From positions 264,843-328,842 of the forward strand of contig DIWA01000026.1 in assembly GCA_002422525.1 (NCBI GenBank): a stretch of DNA of 64,000 bases, read 5' to 3'. The stretch comes from Candidatus Hydrogenedentes bacterium UBA6118. Its GTDB lineage: Bacteria; Hydrogenedentota; Hydrogenedentia; Hydrogenedentales; SLHB01. Positions within the stretch are counted from its first letter, which is position 1; every line of letters begins with the position of its first letter. The notes beneath the pieces are model-generated. The model searched no databases. It had not been told where the DNA came from and worked only from the letters and a program-made list of their open reading frames with translations. Positions 8,864 to 17,314 of the stretch are shown here, piece after piece. Position numbers and translations under genes: made by a program.

Positions 8864-9727
8864 TCATTTCCACCCCGCTCCTTGATGGAATACCTCAGCA
8901 GGGGTTCTCTTGTCCAGCGCGCTGTGTCTCCTTTCATAGTTGTAATAGTTGAACCATGCATCAAGCCCCCGGTGCAACTCATGTCCGTCGGCGTAGGACT
9001 TGGGATAGATCTCCTCATACTTCACCGACCACCACAGGCGCTCGATAAACACGTTGTCCAGAGCCCGTCCGCGACCGTCCATGCTGATCGCGATGCCTTT
9101 GTCCAGCAGCACGCGCGTGAAAGCCTGCGAAGTGAACTGCGAGCCCTGGTCCGTGTTGAAGATCTCGGGCGTGCCCCGGCTCAGCGCCCGCTCCAGGGCG
9201 ACCACGCAGAACAGGCCCTCAAGCGTGTTCGAGAGCTCCCATGCCAGCACGAAGCGACTGCGCCACTCCATGACCGCCGTCAGGTACATGAACCCATGAC
9301 GCATCGGAACGTAGGTGATGTCCGTGCTCCAGACCTGGTTCACCCGATCGATCCGCAGATCACGCAGCAAATAGGGGTAGATCACGTGTCCGGGCGCCGG
9401 CTTGCTCGTATGCGGCCCCGGCGTGATCGCCTGGAGCCCCATCCGCTGCATCAGCCGACTTACCCTCTTGCGGTTCACCGCGTGGCCCTGCTCCGCGAGC
9501 CAGTCCGTCATCCGCGGAGACCCGAACTCCGGATGGCGCATGTACTGCTCGTCGATGAGCCGCATCAGCACAAGGTTCTCTTCAGACTCCGGGGCGGGCA
9601 CGTAGTAGAAACTCGACCGAGGAACGCCTGCCAACCTGCATTGCCGCCGAACCGAGAGCCCGGCGCTGGAATCCACCCAGCCCCGGCGCGTTGAAAGCGG
9701 CAGGCTCATAGCTTTTTTTCCAGCCAC
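8864..9727 (-). CDS. IS3-family transposase OrfB (DDE/rve integrase domain)
   Basis: 287 aa with an rve-like core (...WSTDITYVPMRHGFMYLTAVMEW...FNTDQGSQFTS...ERLWWSVKYEEIY). Confidence 0.85.
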   Translation of the reverse strand: MAGKKAMSLPLSTRRGWVDSSAGLSVRRQCRLAGVPRSSFYYVPAPESEENLVLMRLIDEQYMRHPEFGSPRMTDWLAEQGHAVNRKRVSRLMQRMGLQAITPGPHTSKPAPGHVIYPYLLRDLRIDRVNQVWSTDITYVPMRHGFMYLTAVMEWRSRFVLAWELSNTLEGLFCVVALERALSRGTPEIFNTDQGSQFTSQAFTRVLLDKGIAISMDGRGRALDNVFIERLWWSVKYEEIYPKSYADGHELHRGLDAWFNYYNYERRHSALDKRTPAEVFHQGAGWK

Positions 9728-9990
9728 CGGATATCCATCTTCAACCGGCCGATCTCCTCGTAGAGCGGAGCCGTCAACTCCTCCTCGCTCTTGCCGCGCG
9801 CATCCTTGCCCGACGAGAACAACTCGGGAGCCTTCGTCACAAGCTGCTTCTTCCAGGTCGAGATCTGGTTGGGATGCACCTTGTACTCCGCCGCCAGCGC
9901 CGCCAGGGTCTTCACGCCCTTGACCGCCTCAAGCGCAACCTGAGCCTTGAACTTCTCCGTGAATGTCCGTCGTCGTCTTCCCACGTCCAT
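9706..9990 (-). CDS. IS3-family transposase OrfA (HTH); a -1 frameshift into OrfB is expected
   Basis: 94 aa with a leucine-zipper-like tail. The 22-nt overlap with orfB contains AAAAAAG. Confidence 0.8.
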   Translation of the reverse strand: MDVGRRRRTFTEKFKAQVALEAVKGVKTLAALAAEYKVHPNQISTWKKQLVTKAPELFSSGKDARGKSEEELTAPLYEEIGRLKMDIRWLEKKL

Positions 9991-10062
9991 GCGTCCTTTC
10001 CTACCAGCTCAAGGACGCAAATTCCACCTAAGCCCCTGGTCCGAAAATCGGGGGCAACCGCA

Positions 10063-10678
10063 TCGCGAACGAGTTGAGCTCGAACCCATTCGTCTTCAGC
10101 CCTTCCGTCCACAATGCCAGCGCCTCGCTCTCGCGACCTTCGGGCGCGCGCACCGTGATCTCCAGCCAGTTCGTCAGGACGCTCGGGCGCTTGCCGGCGG
10201 GCGCCTCCTGCCCGTCCGCCGGAGCCACCTGCACCTCCACCCGAAACCTGTGCACCCCTGGACGGTCCAGCACAAATGCGCTGGTCCCGCCGTACGCCGT
10301 CAGGAGGTCGCGTACCGTGTACGCCCCGCCCGGCGCCAGCTCGATGCGGTTGGCGCGGGAGTAAGATCCAGAGGACGCGCGGACGTAGCGCGCGTGCTCC
10401 TCGCTCCCCGGTCGCTGTTGGTACACCGTCGTGGAGCCGTCGCCAATCTCCCAGGGCGCGTTCACCCGCAGCGGATCCTGCGTGACGTTCGTCAGCGTCA
10501 GCTCCAACACCAGCGGTTCGCAGCACACATACGTCTGCTTCGGCGACCCGATGGTGTAGGCCACGCTTCCGGAAGCCGCGCCCGCCTCGCCGAACGCGGC
10601 CCCGCCCGCCAGCAACACGAGCCCCAGTGCAGCCGCGATGAACCACCCGCCGCCGTTTCTGCGTCTCTCTGCGTCCAT
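10063..10678 (-). pseudogene. 5' (N-terminal) fragment of the same type-1 paralog disrupted by IS3
   Basis: Signal peptide MDAERRRNGGGWFIAAALGLVLLAGGAAFG plus the SPKQTYVCCEPLVLELTLTNV domain, ~85% identical to the paralog at 14106-15080. The track ORF reads through into the IS to 10028. Confidence 0.7.
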
Positions 10679-10753
10679 GTCCGCCTCCCTGCCCCCAGTT
10701 CGTGCGTCTCCCCGTCACGGCGCCTCGCTGAGCATCTCCCTGATCCTCCCTCC

Positions 10754-11812
10754 TCACGGAACCGGCGGGTCTTCCTCGCCGCGGAGCAGGCGTTCGACGT
10801 ACTCCGTGTGGCGGCTGTCGGGGAAGCGCTCGCGCATCGCGTCGCAGATCTCCTGCGCCTCCGCCTCCATGTGCGCGCTCAGGTAGGCCTGCGTCAACTG
10901 CACCATCGCGCTGCTCAACAGCGGGAAGTCCGCCGCGTCCGCATCCCGCACGAACGCCTCGAACATCTCGACCCGCGACTGCTGCGCCTGCGCGATCCGC
11001 TGGCCCATCTCCGGGATCGGCGCTCGAGACGCTTCCAGAACGCTCCGGTGCGCTTCGCCGGCAACCCAGATCATCCGTTGATAGAGCCCGAACACCGTGT
11101 CTCCGAACTCCGTCGCCAGTCGCTCCCGCGCCTTCCGCGCCCTCTCCCGAACCGCAGGATCCCGGCTCCGGCCGCCGCGCAATACATCGCCGAACAGCGC
11201 ACTGGCGTCGCGATCCCGGCCTTGGGCCGCGACGACCTTGACCTCCAGCACGTTCGACCGAACCAACCTGCCGCAGTGCGCATCCGCCGTGTTCTCGGGG
11301 TCGGTCACGCAAGGCAGGTACGCGCACATGACCTCGTACACGCCCGTGCGAGTGAACGGGATTCCTGCCCCGGGACCCTGCGACCGGCCCACGTACTCCA
11401 GCAGCTTGCCGCCCTTCAGGGACGCGCCGGGCTCCACCAGCGCGATCTTCTCAGAGAAGTCATCGAAGAACTCCAACGGTCTCACGTCGTAGCCGTCGCC
11501 GTCCGGCTCGGTGATATGCACGTCCACGTTAGGTTCCAGGATCCATACGCTCTCCTCACCGGCATACGTGATCCGCCAGTCCAGGGCGAGCGGCTCGTTC
11601 GGCAGAAGGGTTGTTTTCGGCGAGGATACCGTCAGCGTGAACGGCAGATCCGGCGCCGCTTCGTCGTCGCCCATGCCGCTCCCGGTGTGCGCAAAGGGCG
11701 CGTCGCGCTCCACCGCATCACTAGCGAGGGACGAAACGGCCAGCACGGCGCAGAGCACCGTGCCGAACAGTCTGCGGCGACTGATGTTCCTGTCGCATCG
11801 CACCAGCATCAT
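10754..11812 (-). CDS. secreted paralog, type 2 (SPKTT beta-sandwich + FPDS helical tail family)
   Basis: Probable start at MMLVRCDRNISRRRLFGTVLCAVLAVSSLA (signal peptide); the track ORF starts with GTG at 11953. C-terminus ...EAFVRDADAADFPLLSSAM...RERFPDSRHTEYVERLLRGEEDPPVP. Paralogous to 16191-17243 and 17315-18376. Confidence 0.65.
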   Translation of the reverse strand: MMLVRCDRNISRRRLFGTVLCAVLAVSSLASDAVERDAPFAHTGSGMGDDEAAPDLPFTLTVSSPKTTLLPNEPLALDWRITYAGEESVWILEPNVDVHITEPDGDGYDVRPLEFFDDFSEKIALVEPGASLKGGKLLEYVGRSQGPGAGIPFTRTGVYEVMCAYLPCVTDPENTADAHCGRLVRSNVLEVKVVAAQGRDRDASALFGDVLRGGRSRDPAVRERARKARERLATEFGDTVFGLYQRMIWVAGEAHRSVLEASRAPIPEMGQRIAQAQQSRVEMFEAFVRDADAADFPLLSSAMVQLTQAYLSAHMEAEAQEICDAMRERFPDSRHTEYVERLLRGEEDPPVP

Positions 11813-11865
11813 CGTGATCACCTCCCTGTTTGGCCGCGCAAGACGACCATGCACTCCGCTACGTC

Positions 11866-13800
11866 CTAGTACGTGAAGTAGAATGCATTGCCTCGGATAT
11901 GGGCCTTGCATAGGTCGCAGAACGTTCCGGCTACGCCACTGCGCATCAGGCACACGTCTGCGGGATCTGGATGGTCTGCAAGGCCAAAGAAGTGGCCGAC
12001 CTCGTGCGCTGCGACGCGATCCGTCGTGAGCGCAAGGTCCTCGGAGATGCTCTCCACAAAGACAGCAGCGACAGGTGCTTCATCGTGGTGCAATGATGCG
12101 CCTCCCAAGACTCGCTCCTCGTCACATCCTGGGAAGCCCCCTTCAGGGTTGGGATCCCCGTCCCGCGCGTAACATGGGTCATAGCACACAACAACCTGCC
12201 CCGCCCAGTATCTGGCATCTGCCGGACTTCCGCAGTACTGCCTCAGGAACTCCGGCATGGCGTAGTTGTCGTCGCCACGGTAGACGTAGTCATAGTGACT
12301 GCTAGGGTCCCATGGGGCATACGCATGCACAGGCATATTCCGTCTGAACGGCACATCCGACGTGTCTTCCCCGGTATCGAACCTGGCCTCAATGTACGCC
12401 TCCTGAAGCGAGGCGACGATGGTGTCCGTCGGCGCGGGCGGAAGGGCGCCCCCCGGATCCGTGTCCTCCGTGTCTATCCGGTACGGGTCGCCCGACGACG
12501 CATTGGCGGTGATGTCAGGCGGCGTGCCGTGGAGCGTGAAGGCCGTGTCTGCCGAGTTCTGCCAAACGACATAGCGCCCTGGATCGAAGTCGGACCTGTT
12601 CGGATCGACAACCGCTCCGATGAGCTGATCGCAGCGGTAGGGCGTGACAAGCCACTCCGAGTGCGTCGGCCCCCAGTCCGCCGTGTCGTCCTCCAGGTAG
12701 CCCGAGCCCGTGTGGTGACTCGACAGAGCGGTGCTGTTCCCGGTAACGACGCCGAAAACCTCGCTGGGCGAAGGCGCCCCCATCGCGTCGCGTTCTATGT
12801 GCAGCGATCGCCACACGGTCAGCATCTCGGTCATGGCGCCGACGGGCGGCGTGAGCCCGTAGTCGGCCGAACCCTGCGAACCCAGCCCCGTCGAGTCGTT
12901 GATGCAAGCCGCGGTCACGCGGTAGTTGTCGCCCGGATTGAGGCTCACTACAAGCACTGCCTCTGCCACCCCGTTCGCGTCGGTGCTGGCGGTCACTGTT
13001 GTGCTGGCAGGTTCGCCCGCCCAGCCGCCAAGGCCGCGGTTGTCCGGACCGGTGACCCCCCCATTGGGATCGACCGGGGCGGTGGTCGACGACGGGTCGT
13101 CGACGTCCCAGACGCGAAAGTAGACCGTGATCCCGGCGATCGGCGGTTCGACTGTCGCCTTCACGCTCACGCGGTCCCTCCGACTCGGGTAGGCGTCGTT
13201 GTAGGTCAGTTTGTCTGGAAAGATGCGCTTGCTGCCGTTGTTGTTGGGACAGTCGTCGAGGTCCCGGTTGGTCGCATGGTGTTTCTGCCACACGACCTCC
13301 GTCACCGCGGCGAGCGCCAGTTGAACGCCGATCTGCCCCGAGGGATCGTCGGCGACAAGCCCCGGATCGTCGATGGTGCAGTGGGCCGCGTAGAGCCCCG
13401 GATCGAGATCCGCGGGCAGGGTCCACTTGCGCACCCAGTACCGATCCGTCGCGGCTGTCGTTCCGCCGTCCGTCGCCCACCCGGTGAAGGACACATAGTC
13501 GCCGTCCACCACGGGCACGGTCAGCATATAGTCGGTATCACTCATCGCGCCATACAGCCACAGCGTCTGCTGGAAAGCCCTCAGCATGAGCCGATGGACA
13601 CCGCCCACGCTCGGCACTTCATCCCCCGCGCCGTTCTGCACCTGGAGCTCGGTGTCCGCGATGTACGGAAACGGGAAGTACATCTGCGCATCGGTGACGC
13701 GCGGCGTCAGCCACAAGAGCGATGTCGCGAACACGCCCGTCGCGATCGCGGCCCACCGCGCCGCACGCCGTGCTCCTCCATTCAGCCTGGTTCTCTGCAT
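11866..13800 (-). CDS. secreted 644-aa protein with a snapalysin-like zinc-metalloprotease motif HEVGHFFGLADH near the C-terminus
   Basis: Signal peptide MQRTRLNGGARRAARWAAIATGVFATSLLWLTP. Long beta-rich body. HExxHxxGxxD(H) matches the M7/snapalysin consensus HETGHVLGLPDHY. It is embedded in the paralog array and preceded by a conserved promoter/leader. Confidence 0.7.
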   Translation of the reverse strand: MQRTRLNGGARRAARWAAIATGVFATSLLWLTPRVTDAQMYFPFPYIADTELQVQNGAGDEVPSVGGVHRLMLRAFQQTLWLYGAMSDTDYMLTVPVVDGDYVSFTGWATDGGTTAATDRYWVRKWTLPADLDPGLYAAHCTIDDPGLVADDPSGQIGVQLALAAVTEVVWQKHHATNRDLDDCPNNNGSKRIFPDKLTYNDAYPSRRDRVSVKATVEPPIAGITVYFRVWDVDDPSSTTAPVDPNGGVTGPDNRGLGGWAGEPASTTVTASTDANGVAEAVLVVSLNPGDNYRVTAACINDSTGLGSQGSADYGLTPPVGAMTEMLTVWRSLHIERDAMGAPSPSEVFGVVTGNSTALSSHHTGSGYLEDDTADWGPTHSEWLVTPYRCDQLIGAVVDPNRSDFDPGRYVVWQNSADTAFTLHGTPPDITANASSGDPYRIDTEDTDPGGALPPAPTDTIVASLQEAYIEARFDTGEDTSDVPFRRNMPVHAYAPWDPSSHYDYVYRGDDNYAMPEFLRQYCGSPADARYWAGQVVVCYDPCYARDGDPNPEGGFPGCDEERVLGGASLHHDEAPVAAVFVESISEDLALTTDRVAAHEVGHFFGLADHPDPADVCLMRSGVAGTFCDLCKAHIRGNAFYFTY

Positions 13801-13894
13801 GTCTCACGTCCTCCGTGGGAACCGCCGTTACAGAACATGCATGCCGTCTCCCGCCTCAGCGGGACGGCGAATGGGCTGAACTCCGGTCCGGCAA

Positions 13895-14011
13895 TCACCT
13901 CCCTCCAATCGGGAGGAACGCCGGGAAGAGACACGACACAGACGGGAAGGCCGAGCGACGGATGCGTCGCCCGAAGGGGGGATAGGCTGCTGTCAGTCCA
14001 GAAGGTCTCAT
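13895..14011 (-). pseudogene. relic 5' end of a type-2 paralog (38-codon ORF MRPSGLTAAYPPFGRRIRRS...), now the 5' leader of the metalloprotease gene
   Basis: Nearly identical to the first codons and 5' UTR of the gene at 17315-18376, then diverges and stops. Confidence 0.4.
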
Positions 14012-14057
14012 CGCACGGCGTCCCAGCCTCGCGCTGTATACCTCGGCCTATGCATCG

Positions 14058-14086
14058 ACTCTACACCGTATTGGATGGGCTGTCAA
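14058..14086 (-). promoter_or_regulatory. sigma70-type promoter TTGACA-17 bp-TAGAGT with an upstream A-tract (copy 2)
   Basis: On the minus strand: aaaaaaggtcTTGACAgcccatccaatacggtgTAGAGTcg. It is near-identical to the promoter at 18423-18451 and is an extreme AT-rich outlier in a ~70% GC region. Confidence 0.5.
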
Positions 14087-14105
14087 GACCTTTTTTCGGC
14101 GCCTC

Positions 14106-15080
14106 CTACTCGCCCTCCGCGGCCTCGCGCGCGGCGGCGCGTTCGGCATCCTCCGCATACCGCTCGTACCAGGGCTTGCGCTCCGCCGCCTCCTCCGCGA
14201 GAGGGCTGTCCGGATACTCCGCCAGCAACTCGCCCAACACCGCCGCGCCATCGCTGTAGCGTTGCGCGGATCTGTACGCCCGCGCCAGGTCGAGCATCAC
14301 CTCGTCGCGCAACGCGAAGTCCGGCGCGTTGAGGTAGAGGTCCTCGAGTTCTCCCAGCGACGACTCGGTAAGACCGCCGACCGTGCAACGTTTGTGGCGC
14401 CCATGGAAGGCGTAGACCGTATCGGGGAACTCGGTCAACAGCCGGCTCAGGGCGCCGCCCCGAGTCGCGAACGAGTTAAGGTCGAACCCATTCGTCTTCA
14501 GTCCTTCCGTCCACAATGCCAGCGCCTCGCTCTCGCGACCTTCGGGCGCGCGCACCGTGACCTCCAGCCAGTTCGTCAGAACGCTCGGGCGCTTGCCGGA
14601 GGGCGCGTCCTGCCCGTCCGCCGGCGCAAGCTGCGCCTCCACCCGAAACCTGTGCACGCCTGGACGGTCCAGCACAAACGCGCTGGTCCCGCCGTACGCC
14701 GTCAGGAGGTCGCGGACCGTGTACGCCCCGCCCGGCGCCAGCTCGACAATGTTGGGGGAGAGGTAATCGCTGAAGATCGCGGGGACGTAGCGTGCCTGTT
14801 CCTCGCTCCCCGGTCGCTGCTGGTACACCGTCGTGCGGCCGTCGCCAATGTCCCAGGGCGCGTTCACCTGCACCGGATCCTGCGTGACGTTCGTCAGCGT
14901 CAGCTCCAACACCAGCGGTTCGCAGCACACATACGTCTGCTTCGGCGACCTGATGGTGTAGGCCACGCTTCCGGAAGCCGCGCCCGCGTCGCCGAACGCG
15001 GCCCCGCCCGCCAGCAACACAAGCCCCGCCGCGGCCGCGATGAGCCACCCGCCGCCGTTCCTGTGTCTCTTCGTATTCAT
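14106..15080 (-). CDS. secreted paralog, type 1 (SPKQT beta-sandwich + YPDS helical tail), intact copy
   Basis: Signal peptide MNTKRHRNGGGWLIAAAAGLVLLAGGAAFG; GGGAGG RBS; tail LAEYPDSPLAEEAAERKPWYERYAEDAERAAAREAAEGE. Confidence 0.7.
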   Translation of the reverse strand: MNTKRHRNGGGWLIAAAAGLVLLAGGAAFGDAGAASGSVAYTIRSPKQTYVCCEPLVLELTLTNVTQDPVQVNAPWDIGDGRTTVYQQRPGSEEQARYVPAIFSDYLSPNIVELAPGGAYTVRDLLTAYGGTSAFVLDRPGVHRFRVEAQLAPADGQDAPSGKRPSVLTNWLEVTVRAPEGRESEALALWTEGLKTNGFDLNSFATRGGALSRLLTEFPDTVYAFHGRHKRCTVGGLTESSLGELEDLYLNAPDFALRDEVMLDLARAYRSAQRYSDGAAVLGELLAEYPDSPLAEEAAERKPWYERYAEDAERAAAREAAEGE

Positions 15081-15116
15081 GTCTACCTCCCTGCCCCCAG
15101 TTCGTGCCTTCCCCCG

Positions 15117-16115
15117 TCACCGCGCCTCGCGCGCGGCGGCGCGTTCGGCGTCCTCCGCATACCGCTCGTACCAGGGCTTGCGCTCCGCCGCCTCCTCCGC
15201 GAGAGGGCTGTCCGGATACTCGGCCAGCAACTCGCCCAGCACCGCCGCGCCATCGCTGTAGCGTTGCGCGGATCTGTACGCCCGCGCCAGGTCGAGCATC
15301 ACCTCGTCGCGCAACGCGAAGTCCGGCGCGTTGAGGTAGAGGTCCTCGAGGATCGCCTGCCGGCACGCCTCCTGCGAGCGCCCCTGCAACGTCGACTCGG
15401 GCAACGCGCCCCGCTTGGCCAGCGCGGACCGCGCGTGCCGCCCGTAGACCGTGTCCGGGTGATCCGCGACCAGCGCCGCGACCGCCTCATCGGACTGATC
15501 CAGCGATCCCAGGTCGAACGCAGCCCGCTGGAGCGCCGCCAGCCAGAGCGCCAAGGCCTCCGCGTCGCGGTCCGCCGGGGCGCCGACCGTCACCTGGACC
15601 TCGTTGCTCACGACGGCCGGCCAGCCCGACGCCGGCTTGCCGCCATCGCCGGAGTCCACCGTGAACCGCGCCCGGAACCGGTACGCGCCCGGCAACGCGA
15701 GAACGAACGGGTTGGCGCCTGCTCGGTCATCGGTCTCCATCGTCGCAAGGATCCCCCGCAGGCGGATCGCGCCGTCCGCGGCAAGCGGCGCCCGGAGCGG
15801 GACCATGAGGCTGAGGGTCGACGGCGGCTGGTACACGCGCCATTCCGCCTCGCCCGGACCGCACACCTCGATCATGAGGGGCGCCTGCCCGACCTGCGGC
15901 GGCAACGTCACCGTGAGCGCCCCCTCCGCGTCGGTCTCAAGCGCAACATCCAGCACGATGGGCTCACCGACGAGACACTGCGCGTCGCCGCTATGCCGGA
16001 GCGTCACGCGGATCGCGTCCGACGCGCACCACGCGGCCCCGCCCGCCAGCAACACAAGCCCCACTGCGGCCGCGATGAACCCGCCGCCGCCATTCCTGCG
16101 TCTCTTCGTGTTCAT
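15117..16115 (-). CDS. secreted paralog, type 1 variant (divergent middle, same signal peptide and tail)
   Basis: Probable start MNTKRRRNGGGGFIAAAVGLVLLAGGAAWCAS with the conserved GGGAGGCAGACATG leader. The C-terminal ~75 aa are near-identical to 14106-15080. Confidence 0.65.
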   Translation of the reverse strand: MNTKRRRNGGGGFIAAAVGLVLLAGGAAWCASDAIRVTLRHSGDAQCLVGEPIVLDVALETDAEGALTVTLPPQVGQAPLMIEVCGPGEAEWRVYQPPSTLSLMVPLRAPLAADGAIRLRGILATMETDDRAGANPFVLALPGAYRFRARFTVDSGDGGKPASGWPAVVSNEVQVTVGAPADRDAEALALWLAALQRAAFDLGSLDQSDEAVAALVADHPDTVYGRHARSALAKRGALPESTLQGRSQEACRQAILEDLYLNAPDFALRDEVMLDLARAYRSAQRYSDGAAVLGELLAEYPDSPLAEEAAERKPWYERYAEDAERAAAREAR

Positions 16116-16190
16116 GTCTGCCTCCCTGCCCCCAGTTCGTGCCTTCCCCCCGTCACGGCGTCTCCCGCGCATCTCCCTGATCCTCCGTCC

Positions 16191-17243
16191 TCACGGAACC
16201 GGCGGGTCCTCCTCGCCGCGAAGCAGGCGCTCGACATGCTCCGTGTGGCGGCTGTCCGGGAAGCGCTTGCGCATGGTCTCGCAGATCTCCTGCGCCTCCG
16301 CCTCCATGTGCGCGCTCAGGTAGGCCTGCGCCAACTGCTGCATCGCGCTGTCCAGCAGCGGGAAATCCGCCGCCTCCGCATCCCGCACGAACGCCTCGAA
16401 CATCTCGACCCGCGACTGCTGCGCCTGCGCCCGCGTATGCTCCACGTCCCGCGTGTCCGCATACCCGGCCGCGTGCACGCCCCAGCGCCCGGCCACGGCG
16501 ATGCGCGGCAGTCTCTCGTACAGCCCGAACACCGTGTCGCCGAACTCCGTCGCCAGTCGCTCCGCGGCCGCCGCGGCCTCCTCACGGGCCGCTTCCTTGG
16601 GGCTATAGGTCCCGAGCAGCACCGTCCGGTACAGCGCGCCCGCCTCGGCGTCGCGTCCCTTGGCCGGGTTCACTGTCACTGTGAGTACATTCGACCGGAC
16701 CAGCTTGCCCCGCCGCGACCCCGTGGCGCGATCCGGATCGGTCACCAAAGGGCCGAAGGCGCAGCGCACCTCGTACACGCCCGGTCGAGAGAACGGCACG
16801 ACCACAGGGGGGACGCCCCGCCGCGCAGCCGTCTGCAACAGCATGCCGCTCGCATGGACGTACCCCGGCTCGACCTGAACAGGAGGAGGCTGCGAGGTCA
16901 TGAAATGCGTCGTTTCCCGCAAGTTGTAGCCGGTTCCGCCCGGCTCGGTGATGTGCACCATCACCTCCGGCTTCCTGATCCAGATGGACTCGGAACCTGT
17001 GTAGGAAAGCCGCCAGTCCAGAACCAGCGGCTCGTTCGGCAGAAGCGTCGTCTTCGGCGACGATATCGTCAGCGTGAACGGGAGATCCGGCGCATTCTCC
17101 TCGTCCTTCGCGTACCTCAGCCACTGCTCGAAAGGGGCGTCCAGGTCGAGCCCGGCCGCCGCCGCAACCGGACAGACCAAGGCCGAGAGCACGACGATGC
17201 TCGCGACCAACCCTGCGTATCTGACTCTGCTCTCATCCGACAT
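16191..17243 (-). CDS. secreted paralog, type 2
   Basis: Signal peptide MSDESRVRYAGLVASIVVLSALVCPVAAAAG; SSPKTTLLPNEPLVLDW domain. The 3' ~230 nt are near-identical to the 3' end of 17315-18376. Confidence 0.7.
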   Translation of the reverse strand: MSDESRVRYAGLVASIVVLSALVCPVAAAAGLDLDAPFEQWLRYAKDEENAPDLPFTLTISSPKTTLLPNEPLVLDWRLSYTGSESIWIRKPEVMVHITEPGGTGYNLRETTHFMTSQPPPVQVEPGYVHASGMLLQTAARRGVPPVVVPFSRPGVYEVRCAFGPLVTDPDRATGSRRGKLVRSNVLTVTVNPAKGRDAEAGALYRTVLLGTYSPKEAAREEAAAAAERLATEFGDTVFGLYERLPRIAVAGRWGVHAAGYADTRDVEHTRAQAQQSRVEMFEAFVRDAEAADFPLLDSAMQQLAQAYLSAHMEAEAQEICETMRKRFPDSRHTEHVERLLRGEEDPPVP

Positions 17244-17314
17244 ACCGCATCCCTCCCGATCGAACAGACCCCATCGCGCCGCCGGAGTTCGCCCCTACTC
17301 GCCCTCCTCCGTGC

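Larger units (their letters stand above)
8682..10062 (-). mobile_element. IS3-family insertion sequence (~1.38 kb)
   Basis: It carries orfA and orfB with an A AAA AAG slippery site. The ends are TG...CA with imperfect terminal inverted repeats of ~28 bp (TGCGCCTACCCCCAATCTTCGACCA vs TGCGGTTGCCCCCGATTTTCGGACCA). A 3-bp target-site duplication TCG sits at 8679-8681 and 10063-10065. It interrupts a paralog whose two halves flank it. Confidence 0.8.
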
